From the NCBI GenBank assembly GCA_964016885.1, contig OZ024763.1, forward strand, positions 14,942,001-15,006,000: a DNA stretch of 64,000 bases, given 5' to 3'. The notes beneath the pieces were generated by a model. The model had not been told where the DNA came from, did not search any database, and saw only the letters and a program-made list of their open reading frames with translations. Source of the stretch: Eledone cirrhosa. Lineage: Eukaryota. This document shows, in pieces, positions 12,414-31,234 of the stretch. Numbering within the stretch: the first letter of the stretch is position 1; every line of letters begins with the position of its first letter. Both the position numbers and the translations under genes were made by a program.

Positions 12414-12850
12414 ATTAGACATAACAGCCAAATCTCCCTCAAATCACACCCTACTGTCTTATATATCTAGACATGGTAGAAATAGCAGCCAAATCTCCAT
12501 AAAATCACACCCTACTGTCTTATATATCTAGACATGGTAGACATAACAGCCAAATCTCCCTCAAATCATACCCTACTGTCTTATATATCTAGACATGGTA
12601 GAAATAGCAGCCAAATCTCCCTCAAATCACACCCTACTGTCTTATATATCTAGAAATGGTAAAAATAGCAGCCAAATCTCCCTCAAATCACACCTTACTA
12701 TCTTATATATCTAGACATGGTAGAAATAGCAGCCAAATCTCCCTCAAATCACACCTTACTGTCTTATATATCTAGACATGGTAGAAATAGCAGCCAAATC
12801 TCCCTCAAATCACACCTTACTGTCTTATATATCTAGACATGGTCGAAATA
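12414..12850. repeat. 61-bp minisatellite, about 7 copies
   Basis: Unit aatagcagccaaatctccctcaaatcacaccctactgtcttatatatctagacatggtaga. Confidence 0.93.
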
Positions 12851-13782
12851 TAACACACAATGATCTTAACCCATGTACAGATAAATCATATATACACACA
12901 CACCCTAATGCCTACATCTACACCCATACATACACTAACACACATCCACCCTGATACCCACATGTACCCAGCAACTTATTACAGCGCAATATATTTTACA
13001 GTAGCAATGTGTGGGTGTGTACACACATACTTATATTTCTATAGATAAAAACACAGGCACACACATATATATATAATACACACACACACAAACATACATA
13101 CACATGTATCTATCTATATCTCTCTCTCTATATATAATACACACACACCTATATATAATACACACACAAACATACATACACATGCATCTATCTATCTATC
13201 TCTATATATATATAATACACACACACAGATATATATATAATACACACACACATATATATATAATACACACACATATATATAATACACACACATATATATA
13301 ATACACACACACATATATATATAATACACACACACATATATATATAATACACACACACATATATATATAATACACACACACCTATATATATAATACACAC
13401 ACACACATATATATATAATACACACACACACACATATATATAATACACACACACACATATATATAATACACACACACACATATATATATAATACACACAC
13501 TCACACATACACACACACACATATATATAATACACACACACACATATATATAATACACACACACACATATATATATAGTACACACACACATATATATAAT
13601 ACACACACACACATATATATATAATACACACACATATATATATAATACACACACTCACACACACACACACATATATATAATACACACACACATATATATA
13701 ATACACACACACACATATATATATAATACACACACACATATATAATACACACGCACACATATAACACACACACATATATAAT

Positions 13783-13825
<43 letters not shown>

Positions 13826-14227
13826 AGTGTGTGTGTGTGAGTCCCAGGTTCAATACATTAGTAGAGTATATACAAAATTTATAATAGAAATGGCTTTCCT
13901 GATGATTTTCTTCGAATGAAACAGTTCTATTCTTGTAGAAGCCATTTCTATATTAAATTTTATACACACCTCTCTCTCTCTCTTTATATATATATATATA
14001 TATATAAAAACGATCGACTTTCGTCAAATTGGACCAAGGAAACAATGTTTCCATCGGTCTTTCCAATTGCTAATACTATCTATCGGTCGCAACTCCAGGT
14101 AGAAGGGGCAACGTGAAATAAAGTGTCTTGCTCAAGGACATAATGCATTGCCCGGTCCAGGAATTGAACGCACAACCTCTCGATTGCGAATCCAATTCTC
14201 TAACCACTCAGCCACACGCCACATATA

Positions 14228-14271
<44 letters not shown>

Positions 14272-14779
14272 AGCATACATGCACACATACATACATACAA
14301 ATGCACATTCACACACACATACATATATATACAAATACACATGCACACATACATACATACAAATGCACATTCACACATATATACAAGTACATATGCACAC
14401 ATACATAAATGCACATTCACACATATATACATATATACAAGCACACATGCACACATACATACAAATGCACACACATGCACACACACATACATAAATGCAC
14501 ATTCACACATATATATATATATACAAGCACACATGAACACATACATACATACAAATGCACACACATATATACAAGCACACATGCACACATACATAAATAC
14601 AAATGCACATGCACATACATGACAGAGGCCCCAGTCATGTGATGGAAAACAATTTGAAATGAAGTATCTTGCTCAAGAACACCACACCTGGTCAAAGAAT
14701 CAAATCCATGACCATGTGATTGTGAGTGCAACACTTTAACCAGTAGGCTATGCACATTCAGATGTGTATGTAGTATATA

Positions 14780-15465
14780 TCATCATCATCGTTTTTACGT
14801 CCGTTCTTCCACGCTAGCATGGGTTAAACGGGTTGTCCTGTTGTGGGCAGTGTCCAGTCGGCTGACCTTGTCTTGCTCATACGGGAACTGGTTCTGGCTT
14901 GATTTCTACAGCTGGATGCCCTTCCTAACACCAACCTCATTTACAGTGAGTGCTGGGTACTTTTCTTTCCGTGGCGCCTACACGACTACTTTACATTGTG
15001 GGCTGGGTGCTTTTCTTTCCGTGGCGCCTACACGACCACTTTACAGTGAGTGCTGGGTGCTTTTTTGCTGTGGCACCTCCACGACCACTTTACAGTGTGG
15101 GCTGGGTGCTTTTCTTTCCGTGGCGCCTACACGACCACTTTACAGTGTGGGCTGGGTGCTTTTCTTTCCGTGGTGCCCCCATGACCACTTTACAGTGTGG
15201 GCTGGGTGCTTTTCTTTCCATGGTGCCCCCACGACCACTTTACAGTGTGGGCTGGGTGCTTTTTTGCTGTGGCACCTCCACGACCACTTTGCAGTGGAAT
15301 GATAGGGACCCCAGTCCCTATCATCTCATTTCTACAGCTGAGTAAACTGGAGCAATGTGAAATAAAGTGTCTTGCTCAAGGAAACAACACATCACCCGGT
15401 CTGAGAATTGAACTCACAACCTTTCGATTGCAAGGCCAATGCTCTAACCACTAAGCCATGTGCCT
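14780..15465 (-). mobile_element. tRNA-derived SINE family B with internal tandem expansion
   Basis: Head ggcttagtggttagagcattggccttgcaatcgaaaggttgtgagttcaattc, then a 'ccttgagcaagacacttta' domain, roughly 52-bp internal repeats at 14940-15290, and a (GAT)n tail. Confidence 0.85.
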
Positions 15466-15745
15466 ATATATGTCTATATATGGGTGTATAGTTGTTGCTA
15501 AGGTGGCAAATTGCCAGAGTCGTTAGAACATCGGATGGAATGCTTAATGGTATTCGTTTCGGCCCTCTCAGTTCAAATCCCACCGAGGTCAACTTTGCCT
15601 TTCATCCTTTCGAGATGGATAAAAAAAGTACCAGTCATGTACCGGGGTCGATTCTCCCTCTATATCTATCTCTCACTTTCTATCTCTCTCTGAAAGAAAT
15701 CTGCTGTACTCAGACCTGGAGAGGGATGAGTTCCACCAGGCTCAA

Positions 15746-16978
15746 CCCTTTAGCATTTAAACCAGCTGTATCCGGTCAGTATTCTCTCACCTCTTTCGGT
15801 TCAAACTGGCTTTAACTGGTTGTTCATACTGATGTTAAGGTAATGTTCTCAAAATAAATAATGTCAAAATCTCATAGATTCAACATTATAATAATAATGA
15901 AATTATTGTGTTAAGTGCTCAGGTGCACTACAACTCGTCAAAGGTGTATGTATAGTACATAGAATAATACACAAATGTCAGGGAAGTACATGTGTGTATG
16001 TGTTAGCTGTAGTGTTGGCGGATCTCGGGAAGCATGGAGGCCTTAAAGGATGCAGTGTCTCGACAGCTAACAACTGATGCAGGTAGTTTGTTCCATGGAG
16101 GCCTTAAAGGATGCAGTGTCTCGACAGCTAACAACTGATGCAGGTAGTTTGTTCCATGGAGGCCTTAAAGGATGCAGTGTCTCGACAGCTAACAACTGAT
16201 GCAGGTAGTTTGTTCCATGGAGGCCTTAAAGGATGCAGTGTCTCGACAGCTAACAACTGATGGAGGTAGTTTGCTCCATGGAGGGCTTAAAGGATGCAGT
16301 GTCTCGACAGCTAACAACTGATGCAGGTAGTTTGTTCCATGGAGGTTTTAAAGGATGCAGTGTCTCGACAGCTAACAACTGATGCAGGTAGTTTGCTCCA
16401 TGGAGGGCTTAAAGGATGCAGTGTCTCGACAGCTAACAACTGATGCAGGTAGTTTGTTCCATGGAGGCCTTAAAGGATGCAGTGTCTCGACAGCTAACAA
16501 CTGATGCAGGTAGTTTGTTCCATGGAGGCCTTAAAGGATGCAGTGTCTCGACAGCTAACAACTGATACAGGTAGTTTGTTCCATGGAGGCCTTAAAGGAT
16601 GTAGTGTCTCGACAGCTAACAACTGATGCAGGTAGTTTGTTCCATGGAGGCCTTAAAGGATGCAGTGTCTCGACAGCTAACAACTGATGCAGGTAGTTTG
16701 TTCCATGCTTCAGCAACTCTGAGCGTGAAAAAATGTTTCCGAAAGTCATGGGAGATGTGTGAGATATTTGTGAGGCAAAGCCTTTACTATAAAAATACAG
16801 TAATATATATAGAATAATTGTTTCTACGTTAGGCACAAGGCCGGCAATTACCCAGTGTATTACTGGTACTTTATTTTATCGACCCCGTAAGGATGAAAGG
16901 CAAAGTTAACCTCGGCGGGATTTGAACTTAGAATGGCAAGGGCCGTAACTCTATGCGAATAATGTTAATGCTAAAGGG
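15746..16978. mobile_element. piggyBac-like MITE (same family as 10684-11264) interrupted by a LINE-derived array and a SINE
   Basis: Ends are tcaa-ccctttagcatt and aatgctaaaggg-ttaa. The MITE sequence resumes after each insertion. Confidence 0.75.
16033..16707 (-). repeat. 61-bp x11 tandem array derived from the 3' end of a CR1/L2-like LINE
   Basis: Unit catggaggccttaaaggatgcagtgtctcgacagctaacaactgatgcaggtagtttgttc. The minus strand reads FFTLRVAEAWNKLPASVVSCRDTASFK, a typical LINE ORF2 C-terminus. Confidence 0.92.
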
Positions 16979-17139
16979 TTAAAATGCCCAAGAAATGGCG
17001 TATGTCAATACAGGGCCCCGACAACTATCAGGAATAACGGGACCCTACATACATATGTACATATATGTATCAATAGGTACATGTGTGTGTGTATGTGTGT
17101 ATGTGTATGAATATGTATCTGTGTGTGTGTGTGTGTATG

Positions 17140-17173
<34 letters not shown>

Positions 17174-17224
17174 TTATGTATATGTGTGAGTTTGTGTATA
17201 TGTTTTTTTGTATCAAAGCCACAC

Positions 17225-17283
<59 letters not shown>

Positions 17284-17699
17284 CACATTTGTATACACAC
17301 GTCAGTGTATATATGGATGTAGACATTAGCTCTTCACAGTATGCTTGTGTTTATGTCACAACTACCCTAACACACACGCACACACACATATATATATATA
17401 TACACACACATTTGTATATACACACGTCAGTGTATATATGGATGTAGGCATTAGATGTTCACAATCACAGGATCACAGTTTGTATATATGTCTGTGTTTG
17501 AATTACAGCCACCCTAATATACACACACATATATACACACCCATGTATATACACACATGTATGTGTATATATGGATATCAGCATTAGGTGTTCAGAATCA
17601 TAAGGTCCCAGTTTCAATCCCATTTAACAAAGCTTCAGTCTTGGGAGTGCAATTGGGAAACTCAACAAAATAGGATAAAGATGGACAAGGCGCAATTTT

Positions 17700-18170
17700 A
17701 CAGGGCAGAGCATGGCATAGCTTGATGGGACAGGGCAGGGCATAGCTTGATGGGACAGGGCAGGGCATAGCTTGATAGGACAGGGCATATCACAGCTGGA
17801 TGGGACAGGGCACAGTTTGACAGAACAGGGTACAGTTTGTTGGGGCCGGTCACAGTTTGTTGGGGCAGGTCAATTTGATGGGGCAAGGCAGGGCAGTTTG
17901 TTAGGGCAATGAACAGTTTGTTGGGGCTGGGTAGTTTGTTGGGGCAAGGCAGGGCAGTTTGTTAGGGCAACGAACAGTTTGTTGGGGCAAGGCAGGGCAG
18001 TTTGTTAGGGCAATGAACAGTTTGTTGGGGCTGGGCAGTTTGTTGGGGCAAGGCAGGACAATGAACAGTTTGTTGGGGTACGTCAGTTTGGTGGGCTAGA
18101 GCAGGACACAGTTTGAAGGGGCAGGACAGGGCAATGTATGTCAGAGCAAGGCAGCACAGGACAAGGCGAA
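17700..18170. repeat. Degenerate G-rich minisatellite
   Basis: Recurrent ggcagtttgttggggcaaggca and gggcatagcttgatgggaca units. Confidence 0.8.
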
Positions 18171-18256
18171 GTAGAACAAAACAGGGCATAATACGACAAG
18201 GTCCAACACAATATGACAGCGTAGGACAGGTGTTAAAGAAATCCAACAATACCTAC

Positions 18257-18973
18257 ATTGAACTCCGAGCCATGTAGCTGGGGTCCCAGTTTGTAGTGGG
18301 AACATACGAGAAGTTGGGGACAGTCGTTGATAAATTTGCCTCTCTTCTCCCCCTTAACATTCTCTCCATCATCATCAGTAACATCAGTAGCGGAAGGTGT
18401 GGTGGTAATCCAGCAGCGAAAGTTGTCACACACGAAATCCTTAACGGTATATTCCTGGGAAAGGGACACGTCACAGGAGGAGTAGGCAGATGAGGAGGAG
18501 AAGGAGGAGAGGGAGCTGGCCAGAGACGAAGAGGATTCCAGGGAACAGAACGGAGACTCCAGAGACTCCATGGACAAAACCCTGGTCTGCTGCGAGGAGG
18601 CAGTGGGAGTACAGGCGCTGTACTGGCTGTTGCTCAAGTCCTCGTCAATATAGGAAATCAGATCTTCGTCCTCGTTGTCAGATAGCAGTATGGTCTTCAC
18701 AGGCTGGTCGCTGTCATCCTTGTCTGGGTATTCACTGGGGACAGAAGTAGTAGTAGTGTCCCCTGCGTCTGGCTGTGGCTCCTGGTCAAAGGGCCCAGAC
18801 AGCAAAAGGTTCCCCTCAGGCATAATGACCACACAGGAGATGTAGTTATTCAACTGTTGACCGAAAAACAGGGGGTGTGGCCATTTCACAGGGGCCTCTG
18901 CTGGCCCTGTGTTTAGAGGCGTCGACTGCGATGGTGGTAGAATTGGGCGGGAGATACTTATAAGTTCCTCCAT
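18257..18973 (-). CDS. Candidate alternative first coding exon (239 aa acidic/Ser-rich N-terminus) inside the myosin-XVIII intron, or a nested gene of unknown function
   Basis: Only long complex-sequence non-TE ORF in the window (246 aa to the stop at 18233). Start context caacaATGG, GC-rich island, and a phase-0 donor AAT|gtaggt seven codons before the stop. No recognised domain. Confidence 0.6.
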
Positions 18974-19379
18974 TGTTGAATAAATAAATAAATGATGACT
19001 AAATAAATAAACAGGAAGAGAGGAGAGGGGTTGGACACAGAGTAGGGCAGTAGTGGGCAGGAGTCGGGGTCAGAGGAAGCTGGTTGCAGAGGGCACACCA
19101 GAATTATGTGCCTGTGCTTCTAAGGAAATGGATGGAAGACAATAATAATAATAATAATAATAGCAATTATTATTATACTGGGTCCTGTGAGAGAGAACGG
19201 AGTTGTCTGCACATCTGTAGAAGAAAGGGGTCATAGTTACTCGCCCTAAATTCTTGTGGCCCCAGACCAGACTGAAGGGAGGAAGAGAGAGACTGTGAGA
19301 AGAGTCCACCTCGGAAGACAGGGCAACTGTGCTCTAAACTAAAACTGGGTGAGTTACTAGAGTAGGTAGTAGCACAACT

Positions 19380-23649
<4,270 letters not shown>

Positions 23650-24084
23650 TAGCTGCCAACTCGTTTTCGAGTATGGCCACTACTTTATATCCATGTAGGA
23701 GAACCCCTACCGATGAGCTGAACGAGTGTGACTTTTTAGTCCAGCCAGCGGCTTGAAAACTCTGGTACAAACACTACACTTGTGACAATTATTGACACAA
23801 AGTGCTGGGCCCATGGTACCATGTAACGACAAGTGCAGAGTGATCTCCAGATATAAAGCAATTCCTGTGCCGTGAAGCTTTTATAGTGAGCAAAGGCACT
23901 GCACAAAGCCAGTCCCACTCTCTTAACCAAGATGATATTTACCAAAAAGAAGAACAAGTCAACATCATTGGATACCATCAGGGTTGCAGGTGTTATATCA
24001 GAGTTTTCCTTCTCCTAGAATTCTGCCTTGACAAAGGCTAAGGGGTCATCTCTCCCATATATATATATATACACACATATATAT

Positions 24085-24135
<51 letters not shown>

Positions 24136-24650
24136 TATATATACACATATATATATATATATAAATACACCCCGTCCCACCACCCCCACCCGATCCACAC
24201 CACCCCGTTCTATGTAAAGTTATGTTGGTGCCGCGCCATCGAGGCCGAAACAAATGAGATCGTGTAGGTGTCACGACAAAAAAACACACAGTCCACGCTG
24301 TAATGTGGCCGTGTAGGCAACACGGTAAAAACCTCCCAGACCCACACTGTAAATGTGGTTGGTGTTAGGAAGGGCATCCAACTGTAGAAAACCTGCCAGA
24401 CAGTCCTATGCGAGCAAGACAATCACTCTTGCCTCAAGTGGGACTACCCCCGTCCAAACCCATGCAAGCGTGGAACACGGACGTTAAACGTTGATGATGA
24501 TGATGATGATGATATATATATACACATATAATAATATATAAGATCAAAAGATGGTTAAAAGAGTTCCATGTATTTTATTATGCGCATTTCAAAAACAAAT
24601 ATCATCATCATATAATATATATAAATAGAGAGAGAGAGGAGAGAGAGAGA

Positions 24651-24708
<58 letters not shown>

Positions 24709-25432
24709 GGGGGATTAAGATCCCATAGCTCCTCGTGGAGTCTTAGAGGCCCCATCAAACAGTGTGTCTAGGGCACATTTAAACCTGGTGGAGCCCAACC
24801 CTTTCCAGGTCTGAACACAGCCAATTTTTTCTATAGAGAAAGAATCGACCCCAGTACAGGACTGGTACTTTTTTTATTGACCTAGAAAGAATGAAAGGCA
24901 AGGTTGACCACGGTGGGATTTAAACTCAGAGCGTGCAATGAGGTGGGAAGAACCCTGTAAACCATTCTATCAAGATGTCTTAACTCTGCCATATATATAT
25001 ATACTTGTATCATGAATGGACCTGTTATTTTTATCTAAAGACATTTCTTCCAATTCCAACCCGCCCGTCCCCTCAATTTTTCTTATTTCTCATTCTTTCT
25101 CCTGATGAAGGACTAGCGTCCGAAATGTTAGGACCCTCTTCCTGCTATATCAAGCGTTAACCTAATATATCCCTTCCATATACTGTACCTATTGTGTTGT
25201 TATTTCTGCTTACCTTTTACATATATATATATATATATATATAACGAAGGAAATGTGGTAAGGAACCAGGTGGACCATAACGCACTAAAGTACTCAATAC
25301 TTAGGGTAGTAGAGTGGGTAATAGGAACCAGTAAGACCCCGACGGCTGAGCTCAAGCCGTTTCGACGGCTAATTCTGGACTAGAATTAGCCGTCGAAACG
25401 GCTTGAGCTCAGCCGTCGGGGTCTTACTGGTT

Positions 25433-25476
<44 letters not shown>

Positions 25477-25527
25477 TATATCAAGCACTCTATGCACAGA
25501 CATATCTATCTATCTATCTATATATAC

Positions 25528-25583
<56 letters not shown>

Positions 25584-25670
25584 ATACTTGGGGAGCGTCA
25601 TATTTGTGTAATATTGCCAGAATTAATAACAGAACAAAAACTAATTCATTGCAAAACTAATTCATCGCCG

Positions 25671-25723
<53 letters not shown>

Positions 25724-27152
25724 TATACATTCATATATCTGTATATATTCATATATATACCTGCATATATACATATATACATACATACATACACATGTAT
25801 ATGTAATATATACACATAAACATGTAGGCAATGTTTGGAAAAAATGACAGTTGAAGTAATCAAAGACCCTTAAAAGGAATAGAAGGTGTGGGGTGAGGAG
25901 AGACAAACAGGATATGTTGCAGAAACAGGGGACGGTGGAGGGTTAAAGTATGATAAAGGTGTGGTAGTGGTGGGAGGGGGGGGGGGGGCATTACTGTTGT
26001 TTACAGTGGTGATGATGATGGTAGTGGTGGTGTTGTTGATGGTGAGTGGCAGGTAATAACATAAACATGATCAGGGGCTAGAGAGGTACGATAAAATGGT
26101 GGTGGTGTAGTGGTGGTGGTGGGGTCGCTGAGATGGTGGGGTCGCTGAGATGGTGGGGTCGCTGAGATGGTGGGGTCGCCGAGATGGTGTTGGTGGGGAT
26201 GTGGACGTACCAGAAGGGTGAGAGTCCCAGGTAGAAGGATGGGCTTACTGTACCACTACCACATGGTTAAATGGAAGGAAAAGGGGTCAGGGTGGAGGGT
26301 AGGCATCTGTGGGCCCTGGGTAGCGAGAAAGTGTCAGCAGGGGGTGGACCGTGTCGGTGAAGGGAAGGGGGCGTAATAATTCTGTTTGTATCTGGGTACA
26401 AAGGCGGGAGTAGGTGTTTGTGGGTGTGTGGGGGGGGGGGGTTAGCAAGATTGTATCTGTGGTTGTTAGGTGGGAGGGGGGGCTGTAGAGGGTAGCTCGG
26501 GTGTGTGTGGGTACAAAGGCAGAGTGGGGGTGGGGTAGCTATATTGTATGTGGTTGTGGAGGGTGGGGCAGTGGGAGTAAATCATTGTGTATCAGGATAC
26601 ATAGATGGGATGGTGGGGGTACCACCCTGCTCCCCCTCCCGATATCGGGGTGGGGGGGGGGGGGGCTGAGGTAGCAAAAGGGTGTCATGGAAGGGGTGGA
26701 AGTTTAGCAAAAGGGTTTCTGAAGATAGTGGTAGGTGTAGCAAGAGGGTTTCTAGGGACGGGTGGTGGGTTAGAAAGAGGGTGTCTGTGGCTGCTGACTA
26801 GACCAGGGTTTCTGTGGGTGCTGTGAGGGGCAGGATGGGGCTAGGAAGAGGATGAGATACCTAGGTTCCCCTTTTTCTTTCATCTATTTTGGTAATTTGG
26901 GTTTTGGGTTTTAAGTTCAGGGTTCTGACAGATGAAACCTTTCAGTCTGCCTTTTAGTCATCATCACCACCACCACCATCATTATCATCACCACCACCCT
27001 TATTACCATAACCTTACCACCACCACCATCATCATCATCACCATCACTCTTATTACCTTAACCTCACCACCACCACCGTTATCACCATAATCCCACCACC
27101 ACCATCACCATCATCATCATTATCACCATCATCACCCTTATTACCATAACCT

Positions 27153-27187
<35 letters not shown>

Positions 27188-27855
27188 CCATCACCCTTAT
27201 TACTATAACCTCACCACCACCACCGTTATCACCATAACCTCACCACCATCACCATCATCATCATCATATCATTATCACCAGTTTATTTCACATTGCTCCA
27301 GTTTGCTCAGCTGTAGAAATGAGATGATAGGGACTGGGGTCCCTATCATTCCACGGCAAAGTTGTCGTGGAGGTGCCACGGAAAAAAAAGCACCCAGCAC
27401 TCACTGTCAATGAGGTTGGTGTTAGGAAGGGCATCCAGCTGTAGAAATCAAGCCAGAATCAGTTCCCATCCCACCCTTGCAAGCAGGGAAAAAGCGGACG
27501 TAAAATGATGATGATGATGATATATATTATATATATATTTCCTAAGGTAAAATTGGTATTTCACACACACCTCTCGCTCATTTTGAAACTTTTTATTGCT
27601 CCTCTGAAGAGAGTGAACGTACACTTATGCCTACATGTCAATGCTTGTATAGGGATATGGATTGGGAGAAATGTTTCATAACATTTCAAATAATTGGATG
27701 TTCAATTCCCTTGAAATATGTGCAAGGAAATAAATATGGTTTTAAAAGATAAAAGATAATTTTTCCATCGATATATTTATTTATATATATATATATAAAC
27801 TAGAATAACGAAGGAAGATGGACCATAACGCACCATAAACTAGAGTATATATATA

Positions 27856-28198
27856 TCATCATCATCATCATTTCATTTTACGTCCGCTTTTCCCTGCTAG
27901 AGAGGGTGGGACGGGAACTGATTCTGGCTTGATTTCTACAGCTGGATGCCCTTCCTAACACCAACCTCATTTACAGTGAGTGCTGGGTGCTTTTTTGCCG
28001 TGGCACCTCCACGACCACTTTGCAGTGGAATGATAGGGACCCCAGTCCCTATCATCTCATTTCTATAGCTGAGTAAACTGGAGCAATGTGAAATAAAGTG
28101 TCTTGCTCAAGGAAACAACACATCATCCGGTCTGAGAATTGAACTCACAACCTTTCGATTGCAAGGCCAATGCTCTAACCACTAAGCCATGTGCCTCC
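27856..28198 (-). mobile_element. SINE family B, full-length
   Basis: tRNA-like head through to the RTE-type tail. Other copies at 30879-31205 (+), 40913-41227 (-) and 50423-50760 (+); partial copies at 3421-3650, 27282-27520 and 53490-54020. Confidence 0.87.
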
Positions 28199-28981
28199 AT
28201 ATATATATATACATTAGTATACATATATATATGGATAGATATATATATACACACACACACATATATATATACATACATACAAAGAGAGAGACATACACAC
28301 ACACAGATAGACAGACAGAGGGACACTACTATGGACAGATAGACAGACAGAGGGACACTACTATGGACAGATTGACAGACAGACAGACAGACAACACCGC
28401 CAACAGAAAACACTGGTCCTCTATGAATAAAAACATTTTACATCATTTGTACCCCCCTTCTTTTGCCTTATATTTATAATAACTGTTTCTACTTTTGGCA
28501 CAAGGCCAGCAATTATCCCAGTGTATTACTGGTACTTTATTTTATCGACCCCGTATTTATAATACTAATATATTAATAATAATAATAATGAAATTATTTT
28601 GTACAGTGCTAAGGTGCACTACAACTCATCAAAGGTGCATGTATAGTACAAAGAATAATGGTTTCTTATATAGGCACAAGACCAGCAATTTGGGGGGAAG
28701 GGAAAGTCGATTAAATCGACCCCAGTGCGTGACTGGTATTTTATCTTATCGACCCAGTAAGGATGAAAGGCAAAGTTAACCTCAGCGGGATTTGAATTCA
28801 GATCATAAAGGGCCGTAACTCTATGCTGCAAAGCATGGCGTCTGACCCTCTACCAATACTGCCAATCTACCGCAAATGTCAGGAAAGTGAACAATGCACG
28901 TGTCATGATATACACACAGATACATGCATGCGTGTGTACGGAGGGGGGATATCAGGTGCAGTGTTGGTAAATTTCAGGAAG

Positions 28982-29839
28982 CATGGAGGTTTTAAAGGAT
29001 GCAGTGTTCTGACAGCTAACAATCGATGCAGGTAGTTTGTTCCATGGAGGTTTTAAAGGATGCAGTGTCTCGACAGCTAACAATCGATGCAAGTAGTTTG
29101 TTCCATGGAGGTTTTAAAGGATGCAGTGTCTCGACAGCTAACAACTGATGCAAGTAGTTTGTTCCATGGAGGTTTTAAAGGATGCAGTGTCTCGACAGCT
29201 AACAATCGATGCAAGTAGTTTGTTCCATGGAGGTTTTAAAGGATGCAGTGTCTCGACAGCTAACAATCGATGCAAGTAGTTTGTTCCATGGAGGTTTTAA
29301 AGGATGCAGTGTCTCGACAGCTAACAATCGATGCAAGTAGTTTGTTCCATGGAGGTTTTAAAGGATGCAGTGTCTCGACAGCTAACAATCGATGCAAGTA
29401 GTTTGTTCCATGGAGGTTTTAAAGGATGCAGTGTCCTGACAGCTAACAATCGATGCAAGTAGTTTGTTCCATGGAGGTTTTAAAGGATGCAGTGTCTCGA
29501 CAGCTAACAATCGATGCAAGTAGTTTGTTCCATGGAGGTTTTAAAGGATGCAGTGTCTCGACAGCTAACAATCGATGCAAGTAGTTTGTTCCATGGAGGT
29601 TTTAAAGGATGCAGTGTCCTGACAGCTAACAATCGATGCAAGTAGTTTGTTCCATGGAGGTTTTAAAGGATGCAGTGTCTCGACAGCTAACAATCGATGC
29701 AAGTAGTTTGTTCCATGGAGGTTTTAAAGGATGCAGTGTCTCGACAGCTAACAATCGATGCAAGTAGTTTGTTCCATGGAGGTTTTAAAGGATGCAGTGT
29801 CCTGACAGCTAACAACTGGTGCAGGTAGTTTGTTCCATG
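28982..29839 (-). repeat. 61-bp x14 tandem array of the same LINE 3' segment
   Basis: Unit catggaggttttaaaggatgcagtgtctcgacagctaacaatcgatgcaagtagtttgttc, embedded in a LINE fragment at 28873-29881. Confidence 0.93.
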
Positions 29840-31234
29840 CTTCAGAAAATCTGAGCATGAAAAAATGTTTCCGAAAGTCATGAAACCCAAATAAGGATTT
29901 TAGGAAGATTTTAGGAAGAGTCTTGAGCTTGTGTGACAGGTAGACAAAAAAAAAAAACTAAAAACAATAAAAAAACTGTAGTTATTATAATATAGATTGT
30001 TTACCCTCAGCGTATTACTGGAAGTATTCCAAATTGGTAAAAAAAAATAGCAACTATAACTCCAAGCATTTTGTCATTTCACATATGCCTGAGTGGGTGC
30101 ATAAGTATGTGTGTTGGGTTGCATACCAAACAGCTAGCGTCATCTGTGGTGCACATTGACTGCACATCACACCACCAGCCTCACTACCACCAAGGTCATC
30201 ACCCCTACCACCACCATTACTATCACCACCACCACCACCACTACCATCAGCAAGGTCATCACCCCTACCAACAAATTCAATACTACCACCACCTTCACTA
30301 CCACCCCCGCCACCATCACCACCAACACCATCATTACCATCACCGTCACCACCACTACCACCCACCACCACCACCATCGCCAATGCCACCATCACTACCA
30401 CCCCCACCAACACCATCATTACCATCACCGTCACTACCACCATCACCTTCACTACTAACACTGCCACCATCACCACCAACACCATCATTACCATCACTGT
30501 CACCACCACCTTCACTAATACCACTGCCACCATCACTACCCCCCCCCACCATCACTGCCGCCACCAAGGTCATCAGGCCCACCAACAACTTCACTACTAC
30601 CACCACCACCACTATTAATACTACCACCATCATCACTACTGCTATTGCTAACACCATCACTACAACCACGAAGGTCATCACCACTGTCAGCTACTTCACT
30701 ACTACCACCACCACCACCATCCTCATGGTTTCTCATGACTGGAACAGTTCTAGTCCTGTAGAAGTCATTTCTATCTAAAATAAAGATGATTATTTCCTAT
30801 TGACATATTGAGTACCTTATTTAACTGTGGTCTTATCCTGACCCCTTTTAGGATAAAATATATATATATATATATATAGGAGGCTTAGTGGTTAGAGCAT
30901 TGGCCTTGCAATCGAAAGGTTGTGAGTTCAATTCTCAGACCGGGTGATGCATTGTTTCCTTGAGCAAGACACTTTATTTCACATTGCTCCAGTTTACTCA
31001 GCTGTAGAAATGAGATGATAGGGACTGAGGTCCCTATCATTCCACTGTAAAGTGGTCGTGGAGGTGCCACGGCAAAAAAGCACCAAGCACTCACTGTAAA
31101 TGAGGTTGGCGTTAGGAAGGGCATCCAGCTGTAGAAATCAAGCCAGAATCAGTTCCCGTCCCACCCTTGCAAGCAGGGAAAAGTAGACGTAAAATGAAAT
31201 GATGAATGATGAAATATATATATATATATACGGC

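Noticed and set aside
30879-30945. tRNA gene with TGC anticodon-like loop
   Set aside because: Acceptor and anticodon stems pair poorly and it runs straight into a multi-copy SINE body, so it is a SINE head.
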